Under the pieces are notes generated by a model. That model was not told the origin of the DNA and ran no database searches. It saw only the letters and a list, made by a program, of their open reading frames with translations. A DNA stretch of 59,156 nucleotides. It comes from Escherichia phage vB_EcoM_PD328. The stretch lies in the sequence record ON922918; one strand, written 5' to 3'. A program made the translations under genes and the position numbers. Each line of letters begins with the position of its first letter. Position 1 is the stretch's first letter. Shown here piece by piece: positions 10,783-20,656 of the stretch.

Positions 10783-13700
10783 TTACCCCAACGCTAATTT
10801 TCTGATTGATCCACGGTTAGCAAAGTCTTGGAGTACCATGTTATAACCTTGCTGGGCGCCATCTCTCGCAGCTTGCTGAACTGCGCTTTTCAAAGCTGCA
10901 TCACCATTACCCTGGATATTAAAGTTTTGGTTAATGATAACACCCCCACCCGAATTATTGCCAGTATTTGATTGGCCCTTCATAAAGTTAGTAAAGTCTG
11001 CGTTCTGTTGGGGACTAAGAACTCGTTCACCTTTGTTCAGAAGCCATGTACCCTCTTCTGGAACGTTCGCTATACCATCGTGAGCCATACCAGTAAGAGC
11101 GACACTGGATAATGTCGAAATAATGTTAGCACCAGCGGCTGCAATGGTTGCGTAGTTGGCCATTTTCTGCATCGGTGTCAGTGCTGTCGGGTCAGCTAAC
11201 ACCTGTGACAGTGCGGTAGTGATACTTAACATCGACTGTGCAATACTGAACGATTTAGACAGTGCGAACATAACTCTGTAAGCACCACTCGCATCATCAC
11301 CAGCAGCCGCCATAATTGTGGTCATTGACCCAGCCATAGAGCTCAGACTTTCAATATAAGCCATTGCCGTCTGGTTCTGTGCGAGCATCTGTTTCTGAGC
11401 GTACTTCAACTGAATGTCATGTCGTATGCGCTCGTAGTTCTCTTTGATAGCTGTTAGTTGCTCTTCTTTACCAGCAGCCAATTCAATCGCTGTTTCATAC
11501 TGAGATTTAAGTGTTGCAAGTTCGGCAGCTTCTTGATCGGCAGCTTGTCCAGCAGGGTTCAACTCAGATTGCATCTGCGCACGTTTTGTATAATAATCTG
11601 CCTCCAGATTTAATCTGGCTGTATACGCCTGTTGATCTGTCAATAAACCAGCTTCAAGCAACTGGTTTATTTCTTGCTGGGCTTCTTTGTATGCACGAAC
11701 CATTGCAACGCCCGGCTTATACTGTTCCGCCAGTTCTGCACGTTTCAAATCATATTTACGCTGAATAGCAAGTAATGCGTTCTGTAATTCTTCTTCAGAT
11801 GCTTTAGCTCGTTCAGCTTTATCGCGAATAGCACGAACTTCCGCTTCTTGCTGTAAGTTAAGACGCTGTAAACCAGTAGCACCACGCGCTTCCACACGTT
11901 CATACGCCTTATCCCATTGTTCAGCATAGCGTGCGGCAGCTTTATTGTCTTTCTTATTCTGACGCTCTTTTTCTTGCTGTTCATGGATCTTCTTCTGAGC
12001 GTCGTAGTTCTTTCCGGATAAATTGAGAAGTTCAACTAGTCCTTGCTGCTCATCTGTTAATACAGCAGTTGCGTCAGCATGGCCGCTGATATAGTTCTTA
12101 ATGAACTTTTCGTTTTCTTTATACTTCTTACCGAGAGCTGTCTGAGCATCTTTGAGGATACTTGCTTGTCGTGCGTGTCCAGACATCTTCAATTGAGCAA
12201 CATCTAACTCATTATTTTGAGCCTGAATTGCACTCACTAATTCCTGCGAACGACCGGCAGCAGAGCTGATGTTAATACTCAACTGCTCGTTTTCTGCTTT
12301 GAGTGCATCAGTATGACCCATTACAGCAGCAGTTAAATTGTTCAGCACAGTTGTTAAGTTAGATTTGATCTGTTGTGCTTTTTGCTCAAGAGTAGATATT
12401 TCACCAATCTTGATAGCAACATCACCTTCTAATTCCTTACGGTCTTTAGTGAGTCTGTTATACTCACTTGTTCCTTCAGTTGCTTCAGCTTGATAGCGGG
12501 TTACTGTACTAAGACGGTTCTTTAATTCAGCCAGCTCTCTGTTTTCAGCAGCAATCTGTTCGTCCAACGTAATAGCGGCACGTTGCAACTGAACACTAAG
12601 AGCTCGTTGTTGTTCAAGAGTTGTTTCTTTTAACTTGTTCTTTAAATCTTCTTGAGAGGAAGCAAGGTTCTGTGCATCCTGGACAGCTTGTTTACTGTTT
12701 TGACTCCACATGAACCATGCGGCAGCAGCCAATGTGACCACACCTACAGGTCCACCCATCAGTCCCATTACAGTCCGCAAGCCAGTCATGGTAACAGTAA
12801 GCACACGGGACGCTACGGTCGCGGCAGCCATACGCGCCTGCATGGTAGTCTGGGCAATAGCAACCGCTTCCGTAGCTTCGCGCACCTGCCGCGTATTCTG
12901 CATGTATGCGTTGAGTGTCGCTATACCTTTATAATACGTCTGATTGGCTTGTAATGCTGCCTGAATCTTGGTGCGCTCGGCTGCAACCTGTGCTAACGTT
13001 GCTTGTGCTTCGTTATAACGAGCTACTGCGGATCGTGTGATACCATCAATAGTCTTAATGTTTATAGCTGAGCTACTTGCCTGTATTGCATTGAGCTTAA
13101 TGAATGCTGCGATTTGTGCGGACAGCGCAGTGATCATTCGACCGCCAATAATAGCAGCAACACCGATTGCTGTATTAGACAGCAAGGTGAGGTGATCTGT
13201 AGCAGTTTCGATCACAGCACCCATTGAATTGACCACAGTTTGTACTGAGGTTGACGTTCCCGCGAATTTAATTAAGTTATTGTTCGCAATCTCCATTCGT
13301 TGTGAGAACGTTGGTATCGTACGAGCAAACTCATCATTGATAGTTGATGCAGCTTTAGAAATGGAGTTAATAACAACGTCTGCGGTCAATTGTCCGGTGT
13401 TAGCCATCTGGCGAAGACCAGCAGTACCAACACCAAGACCATCTGCAATCATCTTACCAAGACGAGGAGCCTGTTCCATTACAGAACGGAATTCGTCCCC
13501 ACGTAACACACCAGATTGCAGACCCTGTGAGAACTGGATAATAGCAGCAGTGGATTCCGCAGTGGTCGCACCAGAAACAATCATCGCTTTGTTAATTGTT
13601 TCAGTGATCTGAGCGACCTGTTTACCAGTCACGCCATACTGGTTCAGCGAACGTTCCATACGAGCATAAAGAGTTGACGTAGCTTCTAGGCTCGTACGAG

Positions 13701-14043
13701 TCCTTTGAGCGATACCAAATACACGCTCTTGGATATCAACCATCCGCTCGTTTGCAGAGTTGGCGTTAGCCAGTTTGTTTGTAACGTCCAGCCACGCATC
13801 CGATAACTTAGCAAGCCCACCGACGTAGGTTGTCAGTGTGGTTACAGTCATTACCGTATAGATTGCACTAATGGCATGATGGAATGCGTCAGCACTTGTA
13901 GCCGCACGTTGAAAACCATTCTCCATACGCGAGCTGACAGTCTCAACTCTTACACCTGCCGCTTGCAAGCGTCGCAGTGCTGTTTCAGCATTCTGGATAC
14001 CTTCAGCACGGACTCTAATGACGATGTCAGCTGCATCAGCCAT
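10783..14043 (-). CDS. tail tape measure protein
   Basis: 1086 aa, largely alpha-helical coiled-coil composition with hydrophobic central segments; located between the tail chaperone genes and the minor tail genes. Confidence 0.85.
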   Translation of the reverse strand: MADAADIVIRVRAEGIQNAETALRRLQAAGVRVETVSSRMENGFQRAATSADAFHHAISAIYTVMTVTTLTTYVGGLAKLSDAWLDVTNKLANANSANERMVDIQERVFGIAQRTRTSLEATSTLYARMERSLNQYGVTGKQVAQITETINKAMIVSGATTAESTAAIIQFSQGLQSGVLRGDEFRSVMEQAPRLGKMIADGLGVGTAGLRQMANTGQLTADVVINSISKAASTINDEFARTIPTFSQRMEIANNNLIKFAGTSTSVQTVVNSMGAVIETATDHLTLLSNTAIGVAAIIGGRMITALSAQIAAFIKLNAIQASSSAINIKTIDGITRSAVARYNEAQATLAQVAAERTKIQAALQANQTYYKGIATLNAYMQNTRQVREATEAVAIAQTTMQARMAAATVASRVLTVTMTGLRTVMGLMGGPVGVVTLAAAAWFMWSQNSKQAVQDAQNLASSQEDLKNKLKETTLEQQRALSVQLQRAAITLDEQIAAENRELAELKNRLSTVTRYQAEATEGTSEYNRLTKDRKELEGDVAIKIGEISTLEQKAQQIKSNLTTVLNNLTAAVMGHTDALKAENEQLSINISSAAGRSQELVSAIQAQNNELDVAQLKMSGHARQASILKDAQTALGKKYKENEKFIKNYISGHADATAVLTDEQQGLVELLNLSGKNYDAQKKIHEQQEKERQNKKDNKAAARYAEQWDKAYERVEARGATGLQRLNLQQEAEVRAIRDKAERAKASEEELQNALLAIQRKYDLKRAELAEQYKPGVAMVRAYKEAQQEINQLLEAGLLTDQQAYTARLNLEADYYTKRAQMQSELNPAGQAADQEAAELATLKSQYETAIELAAGKEEQLTAIKENYERIRHDIQLKYAQKQMLAQNQTAMAYIESLSSMAGSMTTIMAAAGDDASGAYRVMFALSKSFSIAQSMLSITTALSQVLADPTALTPMQKMANYATIAAAGANIISTLSSVALTGMAHDGIANVPEEGTWLLNKGERVLSPQQNADFTNFMKGQSNTGNNSGGGVIINQNFNIQGNGDAALKSAVQQAARDGAQQGYNMVLQDFANRGSIRKLALG

Positions 14044-14381
14044 TATTTACCTCCTTTATTATTTGATTGAGCGTGTTCTATAAGTTCTTGTTGACGCCTA
14101 ATATCAAACGCTTGTCGTTCAAGACAAATCTGTCGAATTAGTTCACGCTCTCTAAAATCAAGTTCTACACCTATATAATCTTGCCAGGCGTTAAATTCGC
14201 TGTAACTGAATTTATCACCATTATAAAAGTCAAGAAATAGCTTGTAAATGTATCTGAGTTCGTGTGGTACGGAGCTGGATTCATACTTTGCTAGTAAGGA
14301 GGGAGTCTTACCAGTGACTTTTTTAACGTGCTGGAGATGTTTAATTGTCGGAGTCTTACTGCCCGCTGGGCAACTGTACAA
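14043..14381 (-). CDS. tail assembly chaperone, frameshift extension (lambda T-like; expressed as G-T fusion)
   Basis: By track coordinates this ORF is in the -1 frame relative to the upstream chaperone ORF and lacks its own convincing start; a T-run lies at the 3' end of the upstream ORF. Confidence 0.45.
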   Translation of the reverse strand: MYSCPAGSKTPTIKHLQHVKKVTGKTPSLLAKYESSSVPHELRYIYKLFLDFYNGDKFSYSEFNAWQDYIGVELDFRERELIRQICLERQAFDIRRQQELIEHAQSNNKGGK

Positions 14382-14425
14382 TTGCCATTCGAGCAGTAAG
14401 TGATCAATTAGCTTTTCGCGGGATC

Positions 14426-14854
14426 TTAGAAAAAAAGGGAATCTTGCGCTGCCAGACGATTAATGTCGTCATATGCAAACGGGTTGTTATTAAAGAACTC
14501 CATCAGGTTGTCTTCGTTACATTCTTCTTCGAAGCTCCACGAAGCAACCAGCTTACAGAACGCTCGCATATTAATATCATCGAGCATGTCTTTATCAATC
14601 TTTTCAAAAGATCCGTTAGCAACGACAAGCGCACTAATCTGACGTTGTGCTTTTAAATCCGCTTGACGGAATTCTTCGCTGTGGCGGTTACGAATTTTCA
14701 ACCAATGACCTGTATCGCCCTGTCCTGGAAAAACAAGCGGGTAATGCAGCAGCGGAGCATTTTCTAATTTCTTTTTCAGGTTAAAGTCACGGAAAGATGC
14801 ACTAACAGCTTTCTTTGCAACTTCGGTGGATACTTGTTTGTTTTCTGAAGACAT
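14426..14854 (-). CDS. tail assembly chaperone (lambda G-like)
   Basis: 142 aa acidic protein between the major tail protein and tape measure genes; ends in a poly-T slippery stretch. Confidence 0.5.
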   Translation of the reverse strand: MSSENKQVSTEVAKKAVSASFRDFNLKKKLENAPLLHYPLVFPGQGDTGHWLKIRNRHSEEFRQADLKAQRQISALVVANGSFEKIDKDMLDDINMRAFCKLVASWSFEEECNEDNLMEFFNNNPFAYDDINRLAAQDSLFF

Positions 14855-14861
14855 AATCGTT

Positions 14862-14890
14862 CCTTAATAAAACGGGGTTTGCACCCCGTT
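14862..14890 (-). terminator. rho-independent terminator/attenuator downstream of the major tail protein gene
   Basis: AACGGGGT-TTGC-ACCCCGTT hairpin followed on the minus strand by a U-rich stretch. Confidence 0.55.
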
Positions 14891-14897
14891 CCAATTA

Positions 14898-16076
14898 TTA
14901 ACCAGCATTGACAGCAACCAGGCAAGGTGTGCTCGGTATGGTACGACCGTGTGAATCTGTTACTTCACATACATACTGACCGGCATCCGCCTCTTGTGCG
15001 TTAGCTTTAGTGTATGTCGCTTGTTTAGCTTCCGGAATAACAACACCACCTTTCTTCCATACATAGGTATAAGGTTCTTCGCCACCTTTGACCACAACTG
15101 AAAGGGTCAGCGTCTGCCCTTTAGTGATAGTCTTGTTTGCGGTAAGATCGGTCGTGAAAGACATCGGAGGAAGTTTGGTAATGCGAATGCTGTAACCTTC
15201 GTCCTGATCCAACAGACCAGTATAACTCATGTTCAGCATGATATCGCCTTCACCATCGATTGGACGAGGAGCTTCCGTAATCTTGATACGAGGCATACTG
15301 AAACGATAGCCAGCACCAGTAGTTCCGTCCAGGATGTCGATAGTCAGGTCACTTTCCTGTTCGTTCAGGAATTTACTACGCAGTTTGTTATCTTCGTAGT
15401 AGGCGGTCAGTGTACCACTAATCTGACGACGTTTAGAGCTTGGCTTAATGGAGAACTTGGAACCAACAACGAAGCGAGGCTCGATGCCGTTTTCAAGGTT
15501 AATAGCCATCTCAGTAATAACATCAACGGACACATCGCCCATAGCCAGCTTACCAGAGAAGCCATCCATAGGTGGTGTAGTCGTACGAGTGCCTTTACTT
15601 AGACCAGACGGCAGGGTAGCAGCTTGCTCCATTGTACGACCAACAATACCGAATTCTACGCCGGTGATAGCTTCAGCACTCACAGTAATTGCAAGACTGT
15701 TAACTTCACAACCGCGATAGATGGTATATGGGAAGTCCGTAATATCTGCGTTATAGTCGATAAAAGTAAAGGATTGGCGCTCGATGCCTGCGGTCAGCAC
15801 TTCACCCGCAAACGTACCACGTAATGCACCACCCAACAGGTCATCAAATGTCTCATAAGACAGTTCACCAGTTGCTGTACCTTCTACGTGACGAGCGCCA
15901 AGACGGAAATCCGCCACTTCCGCGTCATCCCGAATTTCTTCAGATTGCAGAGTAGCGACTTTAATATCAAGACCCGATTTAGTAGCACGAAAGACCTTCA
16001 GAGTTCCGCTAGACGGAGTGACACCGGAGGTCTGTTCTTTGATGTAATAGCTACTATAACGTGAACCTTCAGCCAT
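14898..16076 (-). CDS. major tail (tube) protein with C-terminal Ig-like domain
   Basis: 392 aa; position directly upstream of the chaperone genes; C-terminal Ig-like segment (TLTLSVVVKGGEEPYTYVWKKGG...GQYVCEVTDSHG). Confidence 0.7.
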   Translation of the reverse strand: MAEGSRYSSYYIKEQTSGVTPSSGTLKVFRATKSGLDIKVATLQSEEIRDDAEVADFRLGARHVEGTATGELSYETFDDLLGGALRGTFAGEVLTAGIERQSFTFIDYNADITDFPYTIYRGCEVNSLAITVSAEAITGVEFGIVGRTMEQAATLPSGLSKGTRTTTPPMDGFSGKLAMGDVSVDVITEMAINLENGIEPRFVVGSKFSIKPSSKRRQISGTLTAYYEDNKLRSKFLNEQESDLTIDILDGTTGAGYRFSMPRIKITEAPRPIDGEGDIMLNMSYTGLLDQDEGYSIRITKLPPMSFTTDLTANKTITKGQTLTLSVVVKGGEEPYTYVWKKGGVVIPEAKQATYTKANAQEADAGQYVCEVTDSHGRTIPSTPCLVAVNAG

Positions 16077-16078
16077 CG

Positions 16079-16546
16079 TTATATCCTCTGTTTAGGCTCA
16101 CGTGCGAGCCAGTAGATTGTTACATATTGAGCGTCCCAAACACCTTCAACACCACCGCGAGTGAAGTCTGCAATTGACGTTTGTCCACCTTGAGAAAACG
16201 TCTTTCTTGTCAGTCTTAACATGCAGCCGTCCGGTGCCTGGAGCTGTCTTGGTACACTAAAGATTTTACTCACATGGCCAAGAACAGCATTAGATTCTTC
16301 AATACCAGTATTCAATTGTGAATATACACCAATCTGTAAAAACCCACGCATTTCATTATCGCCATAAGGGCCTAACGTTACAGGGTCTTCACTGGATGGG
16401 GTATTGATGATCTTTAACCACACTTTAAAGCCGCTGGCATCAAATGTCAAGTTCTTCCACGCCATAGCGTGTGACATTTCAGCATAGTTATTCACTAAAT
16501 GTGATTTCAGGGTATCTTCGACCCATTGAAACGGATACGGGATCAT
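16079..16546 (-). CDS. tail completion / tail terminator protein (putative)
   Basis: 155 aa ORF in the head-tail joining block upstream of the major tail protein; positional inference only. Confidence 0.35.
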   Translation of the reverse strand: MIPYPFQWVEDTLKSHLVNNYAEMSHAMAWKNLTFDASGFKVWLKIINTPSSEDPVTLGPYGDNEMRGFLQIGVYSQLNTGIEESNAVLGHVSKIFSVPRQLQAPDGCMLRLTRKTFSQGGQTSIADFTRGGVEGVWDAQYVTIYWLAREPKQRI

Positions 16547-16962
16547 TTATCAAAGCTCCCAAGTTTAAATCCACTGAATGCTTGTCCACCTCTTGCGATG
16601 TTTTTACGCAACATACCGTTCGGGGCCTGCTTACTGTAACCCTCATATTCAATCTTTTGAGCATAAGGTTTACCGTTACCAAAATAAATATCCCAATCTT
16701 GATGGATTGGGAGATATCTTATTTTAGTAAACAATCTTTGTTTCGTAGCAACTCCGGACGGGTCTTCTGGTAGATTGTCCTCAATAAGGTCGGGTGATTT
16801 CTGTATCTGCCAGCTTCCGCGTAATCCACCGTCCTTAACAGGAGTGTCATCAACAACAGCACTAACGAAGCCATAAAGTCTTTGTTTTACCTCACCTGCG
16901 GCTTTTTGCATAGCTCTTAATTGAGCACTGGTAAATTGATCACGGAAGCTCTTCTTAGCCAT
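16543..16962 (-). CDS. head-tail connector protein (putative)
   Basis: 139 aa; overlapping start/stop with neighbours; positional inference. Confidence 0.35.
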   Translation of the reverse strand: MAKKSFRDQFTSAQLRAMQKAAGEVKQRLYGFVSAVVDDTPVKDGGLRGSWQIQKSPDLIEDNLPEDPSGVATKQRLFTKIRYLPIHQDWDIYFGNGKPYAQKIEYEGYSKQAPNGMLRKNIARGGQAFSGFKLGSFDK

Positions 16963-17336
16963 TAGGAACCGACCTTAACGTAACTAATGATTGTAGTTCC
17001 ACCCGCACCGATGGGCTCGACCGCATTGACCGTAAACGAGCGGCCTTTGTGGTCAATAAATTTAAAACCAATGCAGTCTTCTAAACTAATACCGTCCGGT
17101 TCATAAGTGATAAAGACCTTTTCACCTTGAAGAATTATGCTACCGTTTACGTTAGTTTTTGACTGCTCATCATAGAACAAGCGCAGTGGTACTTCCTGCT
17201 CCTTGAAAGTCGGAGCCCAAGGCTTTGATTCACTTCCCTCTTCTTTTACTTTGACAATGAGTGTTCCATCAAAACCAATCTCTTGGTCATTCAGCATCTC
17301 GTGCGCCATCGCAATAAACTCTGAGGCAATTGTCAT
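16962..17336 (-). CDS. head-tail connector protein (putative)
   Basis: 124 aa; translationally coupled to neighbours; positional inference. Confidence 0.35.
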   Translation of the reverse strand: MTIASEFIAMAHEMLNDQEIGFDGTLIVKVKEEGSESKPWAPTFKEQEVPLRLFYDEQSKTNVNGSIILQGEKVFITYEPDGISLEDCIGFKFIDHKGRSFTVNAVEPIGAGGTTIISYVKVGS

Positions 17337-17842
17337 CGCATTACTCCTTGTGATCCAGAGCTTCGCAGATAGTCATTTATCAAAGCCCAGAAACGTGGAT
17401 GTGGTGTTGCACTTTCTAACATAGCACTCTGACCGACTGCGTATTCAAGTGTCAGTGGACCAAGAACACGCTTTTTCAGTGCATAGTTGGTACTGTTACT
17501 TAATAACGGCTTACCGCTCTGCACCGTATCCGCGACCAGTTGGGCCTGTGCCCGCTTAATTGCTACAGGTATGGTGTTACCTGGAATCTTTACACCGTCG
17601 CTGTATAAGCCGCTGCGCGGGAACTGTAGCTCCTGATCTTGGTTAGTGCGCTTACCCTTATAGCGGTTAAGGCTCTCCATAAAATCCATAGCATTGATAA
17701 GCATAGGTTTCAACTTATCCTCTGCAGGAACTTTAATTCCACGGTCTTCTAAATACTGCGTAGCATATTCAACATCAATATAGCTATTTGCGTTAGGCAC
17801 ACAAGACCCATCTTCAACAATGATAGTCACAGCCATATGCAC
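17333..17842 (-). CDS. head completion / adaptor protein (putative)
   Basis: 169 aa; positional inference. Confidence 0.35.
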   Translation of the reverse strand: MHMAVTIIVEDGSCVPNANSYIDVEYATQYLEDRGIKVPAEDKLKPMLINAMDFMESLNRYKGKRTNQDQELQFPRSGLYSDGVKIPGNTIPVAIKRAQAQLVADTVQSGKPLLSNSTNYALKKRVLGPLTLEYAVGQSAMLESATPHPRFWALINDYLRSSGSQGVMR

Positions 17843-17843
17843 C

Positions 17844-18173
17844 TCAGGCGATATCTATTGTAGCATTAAGAATCTGACCGTCTGCGCTTATAATTTTAAT
17901 ATCATATCTTGCAGAGGACGATTTGTTGATTGTAAAGGTCTGCAAGTCAAACTGGTTTTGTGAAACCAATTCTTTATCTTTGAAGACCTGTACAACGTAA
18001 GGCGTCTGGCCATTCTGCCACGTCATAACGTAATCAGTATCTACGACACCTGTCGACGGAGGTGGTGTTACCCACCCCAGGACACCGCTTACAGGGTTCA
18101 ACGTGGCATCTCGACGACGTCTGTTACGTTGCATCATATGAAACAAGAACTTTTTGTCTGTTCGAAATGCCAT
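17844..18173 (-). CDS. hypothetical structural protein
   Basis: 109 aa ORF within the structural operon. Confidence 0.3.
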   Translation of the reverse strand: MAFRTDKKFLFHMMQRNRRRRDATLNPVSGVLGWVTPPPSTGVVDTDYVMTWQNGQTPYVVQVFKDKELVSQNQFDLQTFTINKSSSARYDIKIISADGQILNATIDIA

Positions 18174-18181
18174 ATGTCACC

Positions 18182-18853
18182 TTAACGAGTGCGGATACCG
18201 TTACGAACAACCATACGAGGTTGATTGACCACATGTGGTACTTGTGCCATTTGGTCGCGGAAAGATGCTAACGTGTGAGCCAGCTCTGTCTTAGGTTTAC
18301 GGCGTTCAATTTCCGTGTTGACTTTTGCGTACAGTTTAGCACGAGCTTCGACAAGTTCGTTCATTGCAGATAACATCTGGTTGTCTGCGTTGACTTGTTC
18401 CGAAAGAACTTTTTCATATTCTTTAAGCTCTTCCACAGAAACAGTGTCAAAGTCAATATCTGGAATATCTTTGAGCATTGCTTTGACTGCATCGCTCACG
18501 TTGACTTCTAAAGCTAATCGCGTAGTGACAATCGATTTACCGTTAACAGTTTCCTTATCTGCTTCAGCCTTAGATAAGGACTCATATTGTGCATTGTCGG
18601 TATCTGCAACAATTTCCGTCTGTTTGGTTTCCTGCAATGAGGAAGTGTCATGCTTTTCTTCATGTTCGACGTCCTCAATTACAGGATTTGAACGAGTGAA
18701 CCCAGGCGCAACAGAATTGACATCTTCTCGCGTGACGGATGGGCCAACTGTAAACTTCAATGCTTCAATTTTAGGCAGGCCATCGGCAGTCCAATGATTG
18801 TCATTCTCAACGTTGAGTTTACGAAGCCCTTCAATGATCTTGTCTTTCATCAT
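18182..18853 (-). CDS. hypothetical acidic protein (structural module)
   Basis: 223 aa, strongly acidic, helix-rich; between the capsid-associated genes and connector genes. Confidence 0.35.
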   Translation of the reverse strand: MMKDKIIEGLRKLNVENDNHWTADGLPKIEALKFTVGPSVTREDVNSVAPGFTRSNPVIEDVEHEEKHDTSSLQETKQTEIVADTDNAQYESLSKAEADKETVNGKSIVTTRLALEVNVSDAVKAMLKDIPDIDFDTVSVEELKEYEKVLSEQVNADNQMLSAMNELVEARAKLYAKVNTEIERRKPKTELAHTLASFRDQMAQVPHVVNQPRMVVRNGIRTR

Positions 18854-18861
18854 TCATTCCT

Positions 18862-18898
18862 CAAAATAAAGGGTGTTACAAGCGAAGTGTAACACCCT
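18862..18898 (-). terminator. rho-independent terminator
   Basis: About 12-bp stem (AAGGGTGTTACA...TGTAACACCCTT) followed on the minus strand by TTTATTTTG. Confidence 0.6.
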
Positions 18899-18922
18899 TT
18901 AAAACATCTAGCAATTTAACGT

Positions 18923-19384
18923 TTATGCTGCGGGAGCTGCGGACCAGGCTTGCGTTAACGCAGTTCCCGTAACTTCTGTCCCATAACTGTCTTCAACTGT
19001 ACAGTTGACACTGAACGTTTTACTCAGCATACCTTCCGGAGCCGTACCAGAGATTTTTGCTTTGTTAACGCCCGTGTTTTGAAGGGACAGCGCATCGCCA
19101 GTTCCAGGAGCAATTTTGAACTTATAGATATAAGAACCATCATCCTCTGGATCTACTTCTTTAGCACGGATGTAGAAAGTCAGTGGTGTACTTACTTTCA
19201 TAAGACCTTCAGGGATTGTATCTTGCCAACCACTTTCACCATCAGCTGAATACTGAACTTTACCTACAGTCTTAATCTTTGCTTTAGGTGTTGCATCTGA
19301 ACCGTGACGTTCATGACGTACATAACGACGATGTCTTGAATGACGTTGATAACGCATGTTTCCTCCTAACAAAAAAGGGACCAT
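18923..19384 (-). CDS. Ig-like domain protein (possible capsid decoration protein); start uncertain
   Basis: 153 aa; Arg/His-rich N-terminus then beta-rich Ig-like body; directly downstream of the major capsid gene; ATG at residue 10 (19357) is an alternative start. Confidence 0.4.
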   Translation of the reverse strand: MVPFLLGGNMRYQRHSRHRRYVRHERHGSDATPKAKIKTVGKVQYSADGESGWQDTIPEGLMKVSTPLTFYIRAKEVDPEDDGSYIYKFKIAPGTGDALSLQNTGVNKAKISGTAPEGMLSKTFSVNCTVEDSYGTEVTGTALTQAWSAAPAA

Positions 19385-19405
19385 ATAGGCCCCTTTAATT
19401 ACATG
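19373..19405 (-). terminator. rho-independent terminator after the major capsid gene
   Basis: AAAGGGGCC...GGTCCCTTT stem followed by a T-run on the minus strand. Confidence 0.5.
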
Positions 19406-19414
19406 GCTAAAGCA

Positions 19415-20518
19415 TTAAGCGTGTTCGCGAGTGATCAGGCGAGCAATCTTAATCTGTTTACGCTCAGGGAATACACGAGCCCAGTTGGTAGCAGTCTTCA
19501 GAGCGGCGTTATCCGGACCACCTTCAGCAGCAGTACCAACCCATGCGTGACCGACAGGGTGAATGATGTTTTCCCAGCGGTGGAACAGGATTTCAGAACC
19601 ACCACCTTTGTAGGATGCAGGTTTACGTTCAGTTTCAACAGGAACTTTCGGTGAACCAACACCTAACTGGAATGCACCACGACCGACCAGCCAAGTTTCG
19701 TACTTACCGCTGTCGTGAGGCATCATATCATCAACGATAACTTCACGGCCCATATAAGTCGGGATCATGACTTCAGCACGAGCATCCGGGATGAAGTCGA
19801 TCAGGTTCATCAGCTGCATACGCTGGTAGACCACACTGTGTACCATCATCATGGACAGGTCGTTCAGGGAGTCACCCATAGTACCAGCAGCCAGGATAAC
19901 ACCAGCCGGGTTGAAGTTAGTTACACCGTCAGTGAAAGTTGAACCAGAGATGTCATGGGTCATATCGTTCTGAACGTGAGTAGACTTCTTATCACCGGAA
20001 CCAGCCGGAGCAGCGGCGTTCATAGCAAACACACCACTTACAGTCGCAACGAATGCACGTTGCAGACGGCTCTGACGGTAGCTTGCCACCAGATTGATGA
20101 TAGCATCCAGCGGGTCAGGAGAGATCAAGCTGTCCAGCAGGTCTGCAGAACCCCAGGAATGGTTACGGGACAGACGGATCTGAATTTCACGCCCAGATTT
20201 GATACCACCAGGAGTAGAATCAGTTGAATCGCTTGCGCTTGAAACGTTTTCTTCGTCACGATCCAGGTCTTTGAAGAAACGCTGGTTAAAGGTAGTACCT
20301 TCACCCATCAATGCAGCGTTCAGACGTTCAGAGATCTCAATGGCACCAGACTGAATCAGTCGGGACTTTTCAGTTGTGCGGTTCTGCACATACGGTACGA
20401 AGATTTCTGGAACGATAACATCTGCAAGTTCAGTGATCGCACCACGACGAACAGCAGACAGAAGAATTGAATTAGTAGCTCGCAAATTAAGCATCGGAGC
20501 TGACAGAATTTTAGACAT
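19415..20518 (-). CDS. major capsid protein
   Basis: 367 aa from the internal ATG (residue 45 of the track ORF), which is preceded by a GGAGA RBS; position after scaffold and portal genes; followed by a terminator. Confidence 0.7.
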   Translation of the reverse strand: MSKILSAPMLNLRATNSILLSAVRRGAITELADVIVPEIFVPYVQNRTTEKSRLIQSGAIEISERLNAALMGEGTTFNQRFFKDLDRDEENVSSASDSTDSTPGGIKSGREIQIRLSRNHSWGSADLLDSLISPDPLDAIINLVASYRQSRLQRAFVATVSGVFAMNAAAPAGSGDKKSTHVQNDMTHDISGSTFTDGVTNFNPAGVILAAGTMGDSLNDLSMMMVHSVVYQRMQLMNLIDFIPDARAEVMIPTYMGREVIVDDMMPHDSGKYETWLVGRGAFQLGVGSPKVPVETERKPASYKGGGSEILFHRWENIIHPVGHAWVGTAAEGGPDNAALKTATNWARVFPERKQIKIARLITREHA

Positions 20519-20656
20519 GGTAGTCTCCGCAAAGTTAATCGATTTACTTTGGAACTCTACCGCCGTGGGAGGCTCCAATAATCCTTGATTGATCGGAGCC
20601 CGTGCTCCGGTTGATGTAAAACTAGCACCAACCGGAGGGAGTGTCAACAAATTTTA

